From: a virus
Taxonomy: Duplodnaviria > Heunggongvirae > Uroviricota > Caudoviricetes
IMG/VR virus record: IMGVR_UViG_2541047842_000005
DNA: 54,238 nt
Reading direction: 5' to 3' (one strand)
Position numbers and translations under genes: made by a program
Shown here: positions 32,761 to 42,345 of the stretch, in pieces
Position numbering within the stretch: position 1 is the first letter of the stretch
How the letters are laid out: each line of letters opens with the position of its first letter
The notes under the pieces: generated by a model
What the model was told of the DNA's origin: nothing
Seen by the model: only the letters and a program-made list of their open reading frames with translations
Database searches by the model: none

Positions 32761-34032
32761 GTGAGTAAAGAATTAATTCAGGTTAATACCAAATTAACCG
32801 CTAATACCATACGCCGGGAAACGTATAACGGGCGGGAACATATTGTTGTTCCGTCCTACACGTTACCCTTTAACATCGTAATGAACCGGGAATATTACCC
32901 GGAAGCTGAAATTATCGCTAATTACCAGTCACTGGAGGGTACGCTTGCCCCGCTGGGCCATCCTACCGTTGACGGTAAATTTGTTTCAGCATTTAGCCCG
33001 GAAGGATTAAACACGGGTTTTTGTGGTGCGTGGAACAGAAACGTTGAGTTACGCGGCAACCGTGTTTATGTGGAAAAATGGGTGGATGTGGAAACCGCCA
33101 GCCATTCAAGCCAGGGCCGCGAATTATTAGCCCGACTGGAAGCACTGGAGAAAGGAGAAAGCAAAGATCCTATCTGGTCGTCCGTCGCTGTATATCGCCA
33201 GCGTATGCCAGCCACCGAAAAAATGAAAGCCCAGGGTGCTGACCATGTAGTGAAAATCATGTCGATCGACCATGACGCTATCTTGCTGCATGAGCCGCCA
33301 GCCGCTTCGCCGGAACAGGGCGTAGGCTTAATGGTTAATACCGACCAGGCGAAGCCGTTAATGGCGGTGGCAATGAAAGAAAATAGCTATCGCACACTTG
33401 AAAAACAGTTAACCGCTGCCGCGCGGGAAATGTTCCCTGACGCTGATTACGTATACGTGGTGGACTTCACTGATAGAGAGGTGACGATCGCCACTAATGA
33501 AAACTGTGCGGAAAGATACAACTACGAAAAACAGGCTGATAAAATTATTCTCAATAATGGCGAGCTTGCAACCAACGAGGAAAGTAAATCCTGGTTTACG
33601 CAGTTCGCTGAACACCTTTCTAATCTTTTCTCCCTGAATGAAAAAATTAAGGCCAATAAATCGGAGGACGATCCCATGCCTTTGACCAAAGAAGAACGCG
33701 CCGAACTGGTAAAAGAAATTAACGAAGGCTTATCCGCCAATATCGCTAATGCAGTAGCAGAGACATTAAAACCAGTACAGGCAAGCGTTGAAGAATTACA
33801 GACCAATCAGAAAGCGATTAAAGAAGAGATCGCAGCAAACGCAAATAAAGAAGAAGCAGAAAAACGCGCCGCAGTAGCAAAAGTACACGGCGAAATTGTT
33901 GCTAACGCATTAAGTGGTGAAGCGTTAGACGCAATGTTTAAATCCCTGGGTAAAGCAGCACCAATGGCAGCAAACTCAGCCGCTGGTGGAAATAAACCTG
34001 CCACCCCTGACATTAACAACTATTTCGCATAA
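32761..34032 (+). CDS. putative scaffolding / prohead maturation protein
   Basis: About 423 aa; the track ORF starts at a TTG (32746), probable GTG start at 32761 with SD GGAG; Ala/Glu/Lys-rich coiled-coil C-terminal half; sits between the MuF-like and capsid genes. Confidence 0.45.
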   Translation: MSKELIQVNTKLTANTIRRETYNGREHIVVPSYTLPFNIVMNREYYPEAEIIANYQSLEGTLAPLGHPTVDGKFVSAFSPEGLNTGFCGAWNRNVELRGNRVYVEKWVDVETASHSSQGRELLARLEALEKGESKDPIWSSVAVYRQRMPATEKMKAQGADHVVKIMSIDHDAILLHEPPAASPEQGVGLMVNTDQAKPLMAVAMKENSYRTLEKQLTAAAREMFPDADYVYVVDFTDREVTIATNENCAERYNYEKQADKIILNNGELATNEESKSWFTQFAEHLSNLFSLNEKIKANKSEDDPMPLTKEERAELVKEINEGLSANIANAVAETLKPVQASVEELQTNQKAIKEEIAANANKEEAEKRAAVAKVHGEIVANALSGEALDAMFKSLGKAAPMAANSAAGGNKPATPDINNYFA

Positions 34033-34042
34033 GAGGTGAATT

Positions 34043-34444
34043 ATGGCCCGTTTTCGTCGTGTAAATATTGACGGCAAATCCGTTACTGAAACAGCAGTAT
34101 CTGCCGCAGCACTTAAGCCGGGTACTCCGGTAAAAATGGCGTCTGGTAAATTCGCTGCCGCAACTGATACCACAGGACGTATTTATGTTGTTAACCCGGC
34201 ATACCATGAAGGTTTAGGCATTGAAGATGCGATCCCGGTTGGTCATTCCGTGGTTGCTGACTACGCAGAAGAAGGACGTGAATTTGCGATTCTGCTTCCT
34301 GAAGGTGCTTACACCAAAGACGCTGCCATCACCATTGGTGAAGGTGGCTTTAAATTGGTTACATCTGATGAACCTGTTTTCGCTTTCTGCCAGGAAACTG
34401 TAACCCTTGAAGCGGCTGATTTTGTACGTGTCCGCGTTGCATAA
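34043..34444 (+). CDS. putative head decoration / capsid accessory protein
   Basis: 133 aa; immediately upstream of the major capsid gene; strong SD AAGAGGTG. Confidence 0.45.
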   Translation: MARFRRVNIDGKSVTETAVSAAALKPGTPVKMASGKFAAATDTTGRIYVVNPAYHEGLGIEDAIPVGHSVVADYAEEGREFAILLPEGAYTKDAAITIGEGGFKLVTSDEPVFAFCQETVTLEAADFVRVRVA

Positions 34445-34463
34445 TAATAAGAGGTGAAAAACT

Positions 34464-35516
34464 ATGTTGTTTAATAAACACAACCTTGCTACCAACAGCC
34501 GCATTCGTGCCCAGTGGGATCACCTTTGGGCGCAGCGCAACATGTTCAATGATCAGGACGGCGCTCTTATTGCCGCAAATATGGCAAACATGACCGCTGA
34601 CATCCTGGCATGTAATGCCGTTGGCGGCTTCGATCAGGAGTTCTGGAAAGCTGTCGATAACCAGATTATCGAAATGAGCACCGAAGAGACTGGTATTGAA
34701 ATCGTAAACGATTTGATGGCTGTGCAAACCGTATTGCCAATCGGTAAAACCGAGAAAATGTACAGCGTATCCGGTGATATTAACGATGAAGTTGTCGTTA
34801 GTATCGATGGTCAAGCCCCGCATGGCTTCGATCACACTGAATATGGCAGCGATGGCGACCCGATCCCGATGTTCGCAGCGGGTTACGGTGTCAGCTGGCG
34901 TCATTCCGAAGGTCTGAAAACTGTTGGTATTGACCTTGCACTGGATAGCCAGCGCCTGAAACTACAAAAATTCAACAAGGCCCGCGTTGATTATTACCTT
35001 AACGGTAACGCAAAAATCAACGTCAACGGTAAACCTGGCCAGGGTATTAAAAATCACCGCAATACCCAGCAACTAGTCATGACCTCCGAAGATCTCACCA
35101 CTGACGGATTCGATGCTCTCATCAAATTCTTCACCACTGGTGCATTCGGTGTTATGGCCCGCAACAACCGCGTTGACCAGTATGATCTCATGTGGGTGTC
35201 ACCTGAAATTATGGCTAACCTGGCAGCGCCGCACATTGCAAACGGGACTGTCGTAGGCAGTGTTCTGAATATCGTTAAACCGTTCATTCCGGTTAAAGAA
35301 ATCCGTCAGACCTATGCACTGAAAGGCAACGAGTTCATTGCCTATCAACGCCGCCGCAACGTCATTACCCCGCTGGTTGGTATGACTACTGGCGTAGTGC
35401 CTCTGCCGCGCACCATGCCTACCGATAACTACAACTTCAAAATCATGTCTGCCGAAGGCTTACAAATCACCTGCGACATGCTGGGCCGTTCCGGTGTTGT
35501 TTACGGTCACAAATAA
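34464..35516 (+). CDS. major capsid protein (putative)
   Basis: 350 aa; strong SD; followed by a strong terminator as expected for the most highly expressed head gene; canonical position. Confidence 0.65.
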   Translation: MLFNKHNLATNSRIRAQWDHLWAQRNMFNDQDGALIAANMANMTADILACNAVGGFDQEFWKAVDNQIIEMSTEETGIEIVNDLMAVQTVLPIGKTEKMYSVSGDINDEVVVSIDGQAPHGFDHTEYGSDGDPIPMFAAGYGVSWRHSEGLKTVGIDLALDSQRLKLQKFNKARVDYYLNGNAKINVNGKPGQGIKNHRNTQQLVMTSEDLTTDGFDALIKFFTTGAFGVMARNNRVDQYDLMWVSPEIMANLAAPHIANGTVVGSVLNIVKPFIPVKEIRQTYALKGNEFIAYQRRRNVITPLVGMTTGVVPLPRTMPTDNYNFKIMSAEGLQITCDMLGRSGVVYGHK

Positions 35517-35535
35517 TTTCGTATTTCCTGTAACT

Positions 35536-35564
35536 CCCCGGCGCGATGCCGGGGATTTTTTTTT
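35536..35564 (+). terminator. rho-independent terminator after the capsid gene
   Basis: CCCCGGC-GCGAT-GCCGGGG followed by a T9 tract. Confidence 0.7.
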
Positions 35565-35582
35565 GTATGTGGAGCAAACAAA

Positions 35583-35969
35583 ATGGTCACTACAGAACAG
35601 GCGCGGGAATATCTTGAAAGCCAGGGTATTGACCTGCCAGACATTATCTTATCTTTGCTGGTGGAGCAGGCAAATAGCGTTAATGAATGCCTTGATGCCA
35701 ACTATCCGGCCTCCACTGCAACATTGATTCAGCTTTATCTGATTGGCCTGTTAGGACTAAGCCAGGCTGATAAATACGTTTCCTCGCAGACTGGGCCGAA
35801 CGGTGCGAGTCAGTCATACCGCTATGTCGATTTCAACAAACGATGGAAGGCGGCCTATTCGTTGCTTTACTCCATTGATAAACATCACTGTACAGCCGAA
35901 CTGATTCCAGCAGATCCAGAAAACACCGCGCACGCAGGGCTTTGGATAGGTAAAAGTGGGAGGATGTAA
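35583..35969 (+). CDS. putative head-tail connector/adaptor protein
   Basis: 128 aa; first gene after the capsid terminator; assignment by position only. Confidence 0.35.
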   Translation: MVTTEQAREYLESQGIDLPDIILSLLVEQANSVNECLDANYPASTATLIQLYLIGLLGLSQADKYVSSQTGPNGASQSYRYVDFNKRWKAAYSLLYSIDKHHCTAELIPADPENTAHAGLWIGKSGRM

Positions 35970-35971
35970 CA

Positions 35972-36157
35972 ATGTGGAACGACCTGACATTACCGGATCC
36001 GTTATTGCCGAAACTGTTTACCCGCGTATGGGTGAAGACAGACACCGGGCGACAGGTAGCCGCCTACCTCAATGATGCTGGCGAATGGGTAATTCTTTGC
36101 CCGCGCGTGGCGAAAACCCATCCGAAAATTGTTAAATGGAGCTATGGCTATGAGTAA
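35972..36157 (+). CDS. hypothetical head-tail joining protein (61 aa)
   Basis: Position only. Confidence 0.35.
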   Translation: MWNDLTLPDPLLPKLFTRVWVKTDTGRQVAAYLNDAGEWVILCPRVAKTHPKIVKWSYGYE

Positions 36158-36518
36158 GATCGCGAGATTCAGTTACAAGGCATTAGCCACCATTTACCCC
36201 GTAACGCGTGACGACTGGACAAACTCCGACGTATACGGTGCGCCATACCTGGTAGATTGTGCATGGGAGCGTACTGACGGAACCGCAACAGACGCAAACG
36301 GGAATGAGGTTAGCAACACGATAACCGTATATACCGAACTGCTTCACAAGATGCAGCCAGTGCAGCTCCCTGAAAAAGGATGGATGCTTGCCACTGGTGA
36401 CACTACTGCTATTTCCGACCCGCTGGCGGCTGGGGCCAACTTTATAACCGGAATCGTTGAATGGGACATGAGCATGTTTAACGACACGCCGGATTATAAG
36501 ATCGTAACAGGGGGTTAA
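36150..36518 (+). CDS. hypothetical head-tail joining protein (122 aa)
   Basis: Track start 36129; ATG 36150 with SD GGAG. Confidence 0.35.
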   Translation: MSKIARFSYKALATIYPVTRDDWTNSDVYGAPYLVDCAWERTDGTATDANGNEVSNTITVYTELLHKMQPVQLPEKGWMLATGDTTAISDPLAAGANFITGIVEWDMSMFNDTPDYKIVTGG

Positions 36519-36520
36519 TT

Positions 36521-36961
36521 ATGCCTATTAAGGGCGTTAAACGCGTCAGGGAGCGATTGAAGCAGGAGCTAAAGGAAATTACAGACAGAAAAACGCACGA
36601 TGTATTATGGCGAGTGGGGCTTGTTGCTGGTGGATTTGCTGCAAATATGACGCCGATCGATACTGGTTTTTTAATTAACAGTCAATTCCAGTATATAGGT
36701 GACACTCCTGAGGGTATGCAATTACGTCTGGGTTATACCGCCCGCTACGCTGAATGGGTGCATGACATGCCGGGCACATTAAAAGGCCAGCCGCGCGAAC
36801 ATTTCGGTAAAACCAGAGAAGGCGTCGAATTTGGCGGCGGTACTGGTAAGGGTAATTACTGGGATCCGAACGCGGAGCCTGAATTTTTGCGCAAAGCATT
36901 CGAGGAACCAGATAACGCAGACGATATTTATAAAACGATTATAGAAGGTTACAAGACATGA
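36521..36961 (+). CDS. HK97 gp10-family neck/tail-completion protein
   Basis: 146 aa; TPIDTGFLINSQF...RYAEWVH pattern typical of the HK97 gp10 family. Confidence 0.55.
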   Translation: MPIKGVKRVRERLKQELKEITDRKTHDVLWRVGLVAGGFAANMTPIDTGFLINSQFQYIGDTPEGMQLRLGYTARYAEWVHDMPGTLKGQPREHFGKTREGVEFGGGTGKGNYWDPNAEPEFLRKAFEEPDNADDIYKTIIEGYKT

Positions 36962-37344
36962 AACGCAGCGAGGTTTACGACGAAATAAGGGATTGGATTA
37001 AATCCCACGGGTACGACGAAGGTTATATTTTGCAGGCCCGTTTCTGGAATGAGCGATCCAATTCGAATAACAGCAGATATATTGTCATACAGCAAAACGG
37101 CGGCGCGGCGGGAGAAGAGGCGATAACCCGTGACTATTTTCGCATCCTGGTTATTTCAGCGCGTAACGATGCAAATATTAGTGAAGTGGAAGACCTCGCC
37201 GACGCAATACGTCAAAGTATGATAACCGAGTATAAAACTGATAAAATTACACACATGAAGCCAGTTGGCGCTATTCCCGCAATGCAGACGAGAGAAGGGC
37301 GCTTTATTTTTACCGTAGCTTTTCAAACCATAATATCCAGATAA
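36958..37344 (+). CDS. putative tail terminator protein
   Basis: 128 aa; position immediately upstream of the major tail protein gene. Confidence 0.35.
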   Translation: MKRSEVYDEIRDWIKSHGYDEGYILQARFWNERSNSNNSRYIVIQQNGGAAGEEAITRDYFRILVISARNDANISEVEDLADAIRQSMITEYKTDKITHMKPVGAIPAMQTREGRFIFTVAFQTIISR

Positions 37345-37357
37345 GAGGTAACTAAAC

Positions 37358-37834
37358 ATGTCTCAGACTTGCGAAAAAGGCACGTTTACAGGCCGTGACG
37401 TTGCTGTATTCTTCGCTATCGCTTGTCCAAATGCGAAGCCGGAAGCTGAAGCGTACAAAGCGTTAGGCATGATGCGTGGTAAAACACTTTCCGTTGAATG
37501 GGAAACCGCTGACGCCACCGCCGATAAATCAGCCGATTACACGAAAGAATCAATGGTTACTTACAAATCCGTTTCTTTCTCCGGCGACGGTGTGTCCCGC
37601 ACTGAAGAAATCCATAATCAGAAAGCGCTGAAACGCCACGTAATTACGCCAGGTGAAACCACCGGATCACAACCTTATGTATGGCTGAAGATCGTTTCTC
37701 CTGTAGACGTAACTGAAGGCCCATTCCTTTGCACTTCCTTTAAAGAAGAAGATCCGCATGATGATGTTTCCACCTGGTCTATTGAGTGCGAAAGCGCTGG
37801 CAAGGTAACGGTAGGCGACGTTCCGCCAGCATAA
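37358..37834 (+). CDS. major tail protein (tail tube)
   Basis: 158 aa; position upstream of the chaperone and tape measure genes; followed by a terminator hairpin. Confidence 0.6.
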   Translation: MSQTCEKGTFTGRDVAVFFAIACPNAKPEAEAYKALGMMRGKTLSVEWETADATADKSADYTKESMVTYKSVSFSGDGVSRTEEIHNQKALKRHVITPGETTGSQPYVWLKIVSPVDVTEGPFLCTSFKEEDPHDDVSTWSIECESAGKVTVGDVPPA

Positions 37835-37852
37835 CAGCCAATATTAACAATC

Positions 37853-37877
37853 GGGGCCATTTGGCCCCTTTTCTTTT
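37853..37877 (+). terminator. rho-independent terminator/attenuator after the major tail gene
   Basis: GGGGCC-ATTT-GGCCCC followed by TTTTCTTTT. Confidence 0.55.
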
Positions 37878-37889
37878 AAGGTGAATACT

Positions 37890-38588
37890 ATGATCCATGT
37901 TCGTACAGGACAATTTGCTGCCGTGGTGAACGGTAAGCGCTATGAGTTTAATCCTTGCTTTGCTGCGATGGCTAAAATCGGCAACGATAGTGAGCTTGTC
38001 GAATATTTCGCACTTATCCACGGCGGCAAATATCCATCACGATTGCCAGCAGATCCAGACCTACGCAATCGCATTCTGGCGCGGTGTTATGGTGAAATAG
38101 TTCAGACATCAATGCACATCCTGAAATGTTGCTCAGACGACGAAATAGGCCCGTTATTGGGCGAATGCTGGTTTACTCCTTCGGGTAAGTTAAAGTTAAA
38201 GCCCGGATTAATGCCGATCGAGGATATCATCACGCTTGCGCAGCACTGCATGTACCACGGTCTTATTGGTGATGGCCCGGAAGAAGAGTCCGGGGAAATC
38301 CCGGAAGGGGAATATAAGCCGACTTTTAACGTCCTTGAATTCGTCTATTCTGCCGTTGCTCACCTGGGCTTGTCAGAATCGGAAGCATGGAATATGACAA
38401 TGACCGGATATAGGGCCGCTGTACGCGCTAAAACGCCGCCAGACGAAAGAAACGAGAAAAGCAAGCCAAACATTCACATAAATAAACGTGCTTATGACGA
38501 GCAAATGGAGGCCGCTAAAAAGGCACTAGAAAGAATGAAAAATCGTGAGCAAGAAAAGCCCGGTAGATCCGGGCGTTTTGCTAATTGA
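37890..38588 (+). CDS. putative tail assembly chaperone
   Basis: 232 aa from ATG 37890 (SD AAGGTG; track start 37881 is a GTG); position between the major tail and tape measure genes. Confidence 0.4.
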   Translation: MIHVRTGQFAAVVNGKRYEFNPCFAAMAKIGNDSELVEYFALIHGGKYPSRLPADPDLRNRILARCYGEIVQTSMHILKCCSDDEIGPLLGECWFTPSGKLKLKPGLMPIEDIITLAQHCMYHGLIGDGPEEESGEIPEGEYKPTFNVLEFVYSAVAHLGLSESEAWNMTMTGYRAAVRAKTPPDERNEKSKPNIHINKRAYDEQMEAAKKALERMKNREQEKPGRSGRFAN

Positions 38589-38955
38589 AATCTTTAATTG
38601 CTGTACCTGGTGAACTGTGTGTGATTGTATTGTATACAGACTTTGCCTTACTGCGATCTTTCCATTCTTTTAGGATGCAGTTATCAAACTTTGCGATAAC
38701 CCTTGAAGGGGATAATTCTTCAACATCCATGTAAGTAAATCCTATCGTGCTGGTTACTGAATACCATACGTGATAACTATAATTACCGTCATGCTCGATT
38801 CTTTGTGGTTCCCCCATTATTTTATTCACTTGCTCACAAGTCATTCCAACTTGCAAATTTTTATCAGCTAACTTAACGAAATCAGTTGATCTTGCGCACC
38901 CTGTAAGAGCTAAAGCCATAACACCAATGAGAACCGCTTTGATTATTTTTTTCAT
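38581..38955 (-). CDS. lipoprotein (moron, opposite strand within the tail operon)
   Basis: 124 aa; signal peptide with lipobox LTGC (MKKIIKAVLIGVMALALTGC). Confidence 0.65.
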   Translation of the reverse strand: MKKIIKAVLIGVMALALTGCARSTDFVKLADKNLQVGMTCEQVNKIMGEPQRIEHDGNYSYHVWYSVTSTIGFTYMDVEELSPSRVIAKFDNCILKEWKDRSKAKSVYNTITHSSPGTAIKDFN

Positions 38956-38965
38956 GATTTACCCC

Positions 38966-39625
38966 TTAATTCCAGTTGCAAGCGTTTTTCACTTTGTCGA
39001 TGTGGTTATAAAGACCATCAATGTTAAACACTGCTTTCTCAATGTCGCCAGCTTCCGGCACTACTTCAATGATGAATTGTTTTTCGTTAACCAGTTTTTT
39101 AATCATTGGGATGGCTTTTTTGCCGTCCCATAATCCAAGAGCTTTATAATTAGTTGACCGCCACCACTCAGTAGCTACAGCTTTGTGAACGCCGATCCGG
39201 TAGTTAATATAAGTAGTGTCCCCGGCGTCAGTTACATGGTGTGACCATGCTACGAACATTTTTGTTTTATTACCCTGGCAAGCGATTGTTAATACCGGTT
39301 TATTCTTATCCTGTGCCTTCAGTGTCGGGAAAGCATCAAGACTTCCGCTGAATTGTTCTGCTTTCACAAAAAGGAATACGTTTTTTGCGTCCTGCATATC
39401 ATCTTTTCTTTCAACTACAAGCCACTGTTTACCAGCATTTTCTTTTTCTAACTGTGCATCGTATGCGGCTTGTTTTGCTTGTTGTTCTGCAAGCCATTTA
39501 GCATTTTTCTCTGCTAATGCTTGTTGCTCTTGATTGGTCACTATAGGCGCTTTTTCATTATCCTCATTGCAACCAACCAGACCCAATACCGCCGCAATCA
39601 TTGCCACTTTTGCTAACCGTTTCAT
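38966..39625 (-). CDS. lipoprotein (moron, opposite strand within the tail operon)
   Basis: 219 aa; signal peptide with lipobox LVGC (MKRLAKVAMIAAVLGLVGC); SD GGTGGG upstream. Confidence 0.65.
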   Translation of the reverse strand: MKRLAKVAMIAAVLGLVGCNEDNEKAPIVTNQEQQALAEKNAKWLAEQQAKQAAYDAQLEKENAGKQWLVVERKDDMQDAKNVFLFVKAEQFSGSLDAFPTLKAQDKNKPVLTIACQGNKTKMFVAWSHHVTDAGDTTYINYRIGVHKAVATEWWRSTNYKALGLWDGKKAIPMIKKLVNEKQFIIEVVPEAGDIEKAVFNIDGLYNHIDKVKNACNWN

Positions 39626-39672
39626 AACCCACCACGCTAACTTGATTTACTGACCATTCCCTTTAGCTTCCT

Positions 39673-39712
39673 TATACAAAATGGAGTCGTTGAAGTAAAG
39701 CCATTTTGTATA
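39673..39712. repeat. inverted repeat TATACAAAATGG - N16 - CCATTTTGTATA in the divergent intergenic region
   Basis: 12-nt arms, perfect; lies between the start of the minus-strand lipoprotein gene and the tape measure gene. Confidence 0.6.
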
Positions 39713-39752
39713 AAATAGATACACAGATCACATTTTTGCATGAGGTTAAATC

Positions 39753-42095
39753 ATGGCTACCAGTGTAGGTACAATTTATTACGAAGTTGATGCGAAAACT
39801 GGTCAACTTCTCGTTGCACAACGACAGGCAGACCAGGCCTTTGATCGTATAGAGCGCGGCGCAAAACAGGCTGACCGCCAGGTAAACACCCTGAAAACAT
39901 CCATCAAGGCACTGACCAGGGTTATCCATCTGCTAATTGCTGCGGAGGCTGTGCGCCAATTTATGGATATGGCGGAGCAAGCAAAAATGCTTCGCGTAAA
40001 AATCAAAATGCTTACGGGCGATGCGGAGTCCGCCGGACGGGTTTTCGACGGCCTGAAAGCAATATCCAGGGAGACGGGGCAGAGCCTGAAAGATACTGGC
40101 GAATTATGGCAAGGCCTGGCTATCTCACTAAAAAACACCTCCGCTACGGAAGGGCAATTGCTTAACCTGGTTGGCACTATTCAGAAAATGGGTGCATTAG
40201 GCGGCGCGTCAGCGGAACAGATGTCTAACTCAATGCGTCAATTCCGTCAGTCTATCGACGGCGGTGTTCTTCGTGCCGAAGAATTTAACAGCCTGCTTGA
40301 AAATACGCCGACCATCGTACAAACAATGGCCCGCCATATGGGATTATCAATGGGCCAGTTCCGCGCCGAAATGCTGGACGGCAAGATCACGGCTGAAAGG
40401 ATGGTTAACGCAATACAGGCGGCTACGCAGGAAACAAACGATAAGTTTGCTCAGTTGCCGCGCACATCCGGCATGGCTATCAATGAGCTTAAAGTAGAAA
40501 TTATGGGCCTTGTTGAGCAGTTGGATGATCTTTTTGGCGTGTCAGATGGCGTTGTTTCAGCTATCGACTTGATCACGAAAGGCGTTAAAGGGCTTGGCGA
40601 TGGCGCTAAATTCGCTAAAACCTGCTTCGACACACTCAAAACGGCTGGTAGCGAATTTATCGACATGTTTGATGATGTGGCTGTTAAGGCTGGAGAGGTG
40701 GCCGAGAAGATCATCGCAATGGTGACGCCAATCAAGGCACTAATGGATGCCTACAAATGGATGAAGGAGGTCGTAGGAGAGCAAACCGACGAATATAACA
40801 GCAACTACGAGAAGAAATACGGTAAGACCGTTGGCAAGGTCATGCAACTACAGGATGATCTGACCGCAGCAATCCAGGCTACAGAAGAAGCAAGGAAAAA
40901 TGAACAGAATGCCGCCAATGACGGAGCGATTACCGGATTCGACAAGCCAGTAGACAAACCGAAAAAACAGAAAAAAGAGAAGAAATCTGAAGCTGATCGT
41001 CTTGGCGATAAAGGTATAAGCGTTTCTGACCAGTACAACAAAGACGCCGCCGCTATGCGCAAAGCGTTAGAGAGCGGCAAGGCCATTGATGCTGCATTCG
41101 CCCAGGGTAAAATCACTCTCCTTGAGTACCGCGCCGCGCAAAAAGGGATAGGTAAGGAACTAAAGGAAGAATTAGCACAAATTCCGGTAGAGGAATTGCG
41201 CGACAAATGGGAGCAAATAGTAAGCCCGATGGATCAGCTAAAGGGCGAAGTAGACCCTATTCAGCAGGTTCAAAATGAATGGGCCGTCCGTAAGCAAATG
41301 CTTATCGACCTGGGCGTGACGGAAGCGCAACAGAAACAGGAACTGTTAGCCTATGAGCAACAGATCCGCGATCTGAAGTGGGAGCAATGGCAGGCGCAAA
41401 GCGACACAAACAGCCTTATCGGTGATTGCGTTAATGGCCTTAAAGGTGGTATGAGCAATGCACTTGTTGGCCTGTTAAATGGTACTCAATCATTGAGTGA
41501 TGTTTTTGCTAACTTAGGCAGCAATATCCTCGGGAATATCGGTAACAGGCTTTCAGACATAGCTGCAAACTGGATAGCAGATCAGATCATGATGGAAACG
41601 CAAAGCAAAGCGACTCAGGCAAGTACCACGGCGGGCGCGGTAGCGGCGCAAGGCCAGATTGCTGCGGCGGCGGCCCCGGCGGCGGCGGCAACAGCGGCGT
41701 CAACTGGCGGCGCATGGGCGGCGGCTGGTTCTGCGGCACTCACTGCGATCATGTCGCTGGCTACGTCAATTTTTGGCGGCGGTCGCTTTAATGGTGGTAG
41801 CGTCATTGGTGGCAATATGTACCGTGTAGGGGAACACAACAGGCCGGAGCTATTCCAGACATCTAACGGAAATCAATATATGATCCCTGGCGAGAATGGC
41901 AGGGTTATTCCTGGTCGTGACATTGGCGGTGGCGGCGGCATTAGTATGCCTGTCAATATCAACATTCAGACCACAAACGGATTTAGCGACGAGGACAGCC
42001 GCAGACTTGAGCAGACAATGGAACGTGTAGCAATGAAAATGATAACAAGGGAATCACAACGACCAGGCGGAATATTGCAACCTCGCCGCAAATAA
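39753..42095 (+). CDS. tail tape measure protein
   Basis: 780 aa; long coiled-coil regions and a Gly/Ala-rich hydrophobic segment (AAAAAPAAAATAASTGGAWAAAGSAALTAIMSLATSIFGGG) typical of tape measure proteins. Confidence 0.85.
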   Translation: MATSVGTIYYEVDAKTGQLLVAQRQADQAFDRIERGAKQADRQVNTLKTSIKALTRVIHLLIAAEAVRQFMDMAEQAKMLRVKIKMLTGDAESAGRVFDGLKAISRETGQSLKDTGELWQGLAISLKNTSATEGQLLNLVGTIQKMGALGGASAEQMSNSMRQFRQSIDGGVLRAEEFNSLLENTPTIVQTMARHMGLSMGQFRAEMLDGKITAERMVNAIQAATQETNDKFAQLPRTSGMAINELKVEIMGLVEQLDDLFGVSDGVVSAIDLITKGVKGLGDGAKFAKTCFDTLKTAGSEFIDMFDDVAVKAGEVAEKIIAMVTPIKALMDAYKWMKEVVGEQTDEYNSNYEKKYGKTVGKVMQLQDDLTAAIQATEEARKNEQNAANDGAITGFDKPVDKPKKQKKEKKSEADRLGDKGISVSDQYNKDAAAMRKALESGKAIDAAFAQGKITLLEYRAAQKGIGKELKEELAQIPVEELRDKWEQIVSPMDQLKGEVDPIQQVQNEWAVRKQMLIDLGVTEAQQKQELLAYEQQIRDLKWEQWQAQSDTNSLIGDCVNGLKGGMSNALVGLLNGTQSLSDVFANLGSNILGNIGNRLSDIAANWIADQIMMETQSKATQASTTAGAVAAQGQIAAAAAPAAAATAASTGGAWAAAGSAALTAIMSLATSIFGGGRFNGGSVIGGNMYRVGEHNRPELFQTSNGNQYMIPGENGRVIPGRDIGGGGGISMPVNINIQTTNGFSDEDSRRLEQTMERVAMKMITRESQRPGGILQPRRK

Positions 42096-42101
42096 ACAAA
42101 A

Positions 42102-42131
42102 CCCCGGCACAATGCCGGGGCTATCTTTATT
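42102..42131. terminator. bidirectional rho-independent terminator
   Basis: CCCCGGC-ACAAT-GCCGGGG flanked by an A-rich tract upstream and a T-rich tract downstream. Confidence 0.55.
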
Positions 42132-42306
42132 CAATTTCATCATTTTTAAATTCGCCGTTTGCATAAAGCTGTAATGCGCTTATCAGTTCGTCAGCTTGCT
42201 TTTTGTCTATTACAATCATCTCGCAGTCGCTAACGTTCCATAATCTTCCATCATCTTCAACACTAAGATCAATCCTTCTGCATTCTTCAGTCTCATGAAT
42301 AATCAT
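42127..42306 (-). CDS. small hypothetical protein (59 aa), moron cluster 1
   Basis: MIIHETEECRRIDLSVEDDGRLWNV...; SD GAAGG upstream; not in the ORF track. Confidence 0.3.
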   Translation of the reverse strand: MIIHETEECRRIDLSVEDDGRLWNVSDCEMIVIDKKQADELISALQLYANGEFKNDEIE

Positions 42307-42345
42307 TATAAACCTTCATTATGTTATTAATTTTAGTGAATAAAT

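Noticed and set aside
33807-34207. Several minus-strand ORFs (33807-34019, 33976-34173, 34013-34207) antisense to the scaffold and decoration genes
   Set aside because: Antisense to well-supported head genes in a GC-rich region; no SDs; mutually overlapping.
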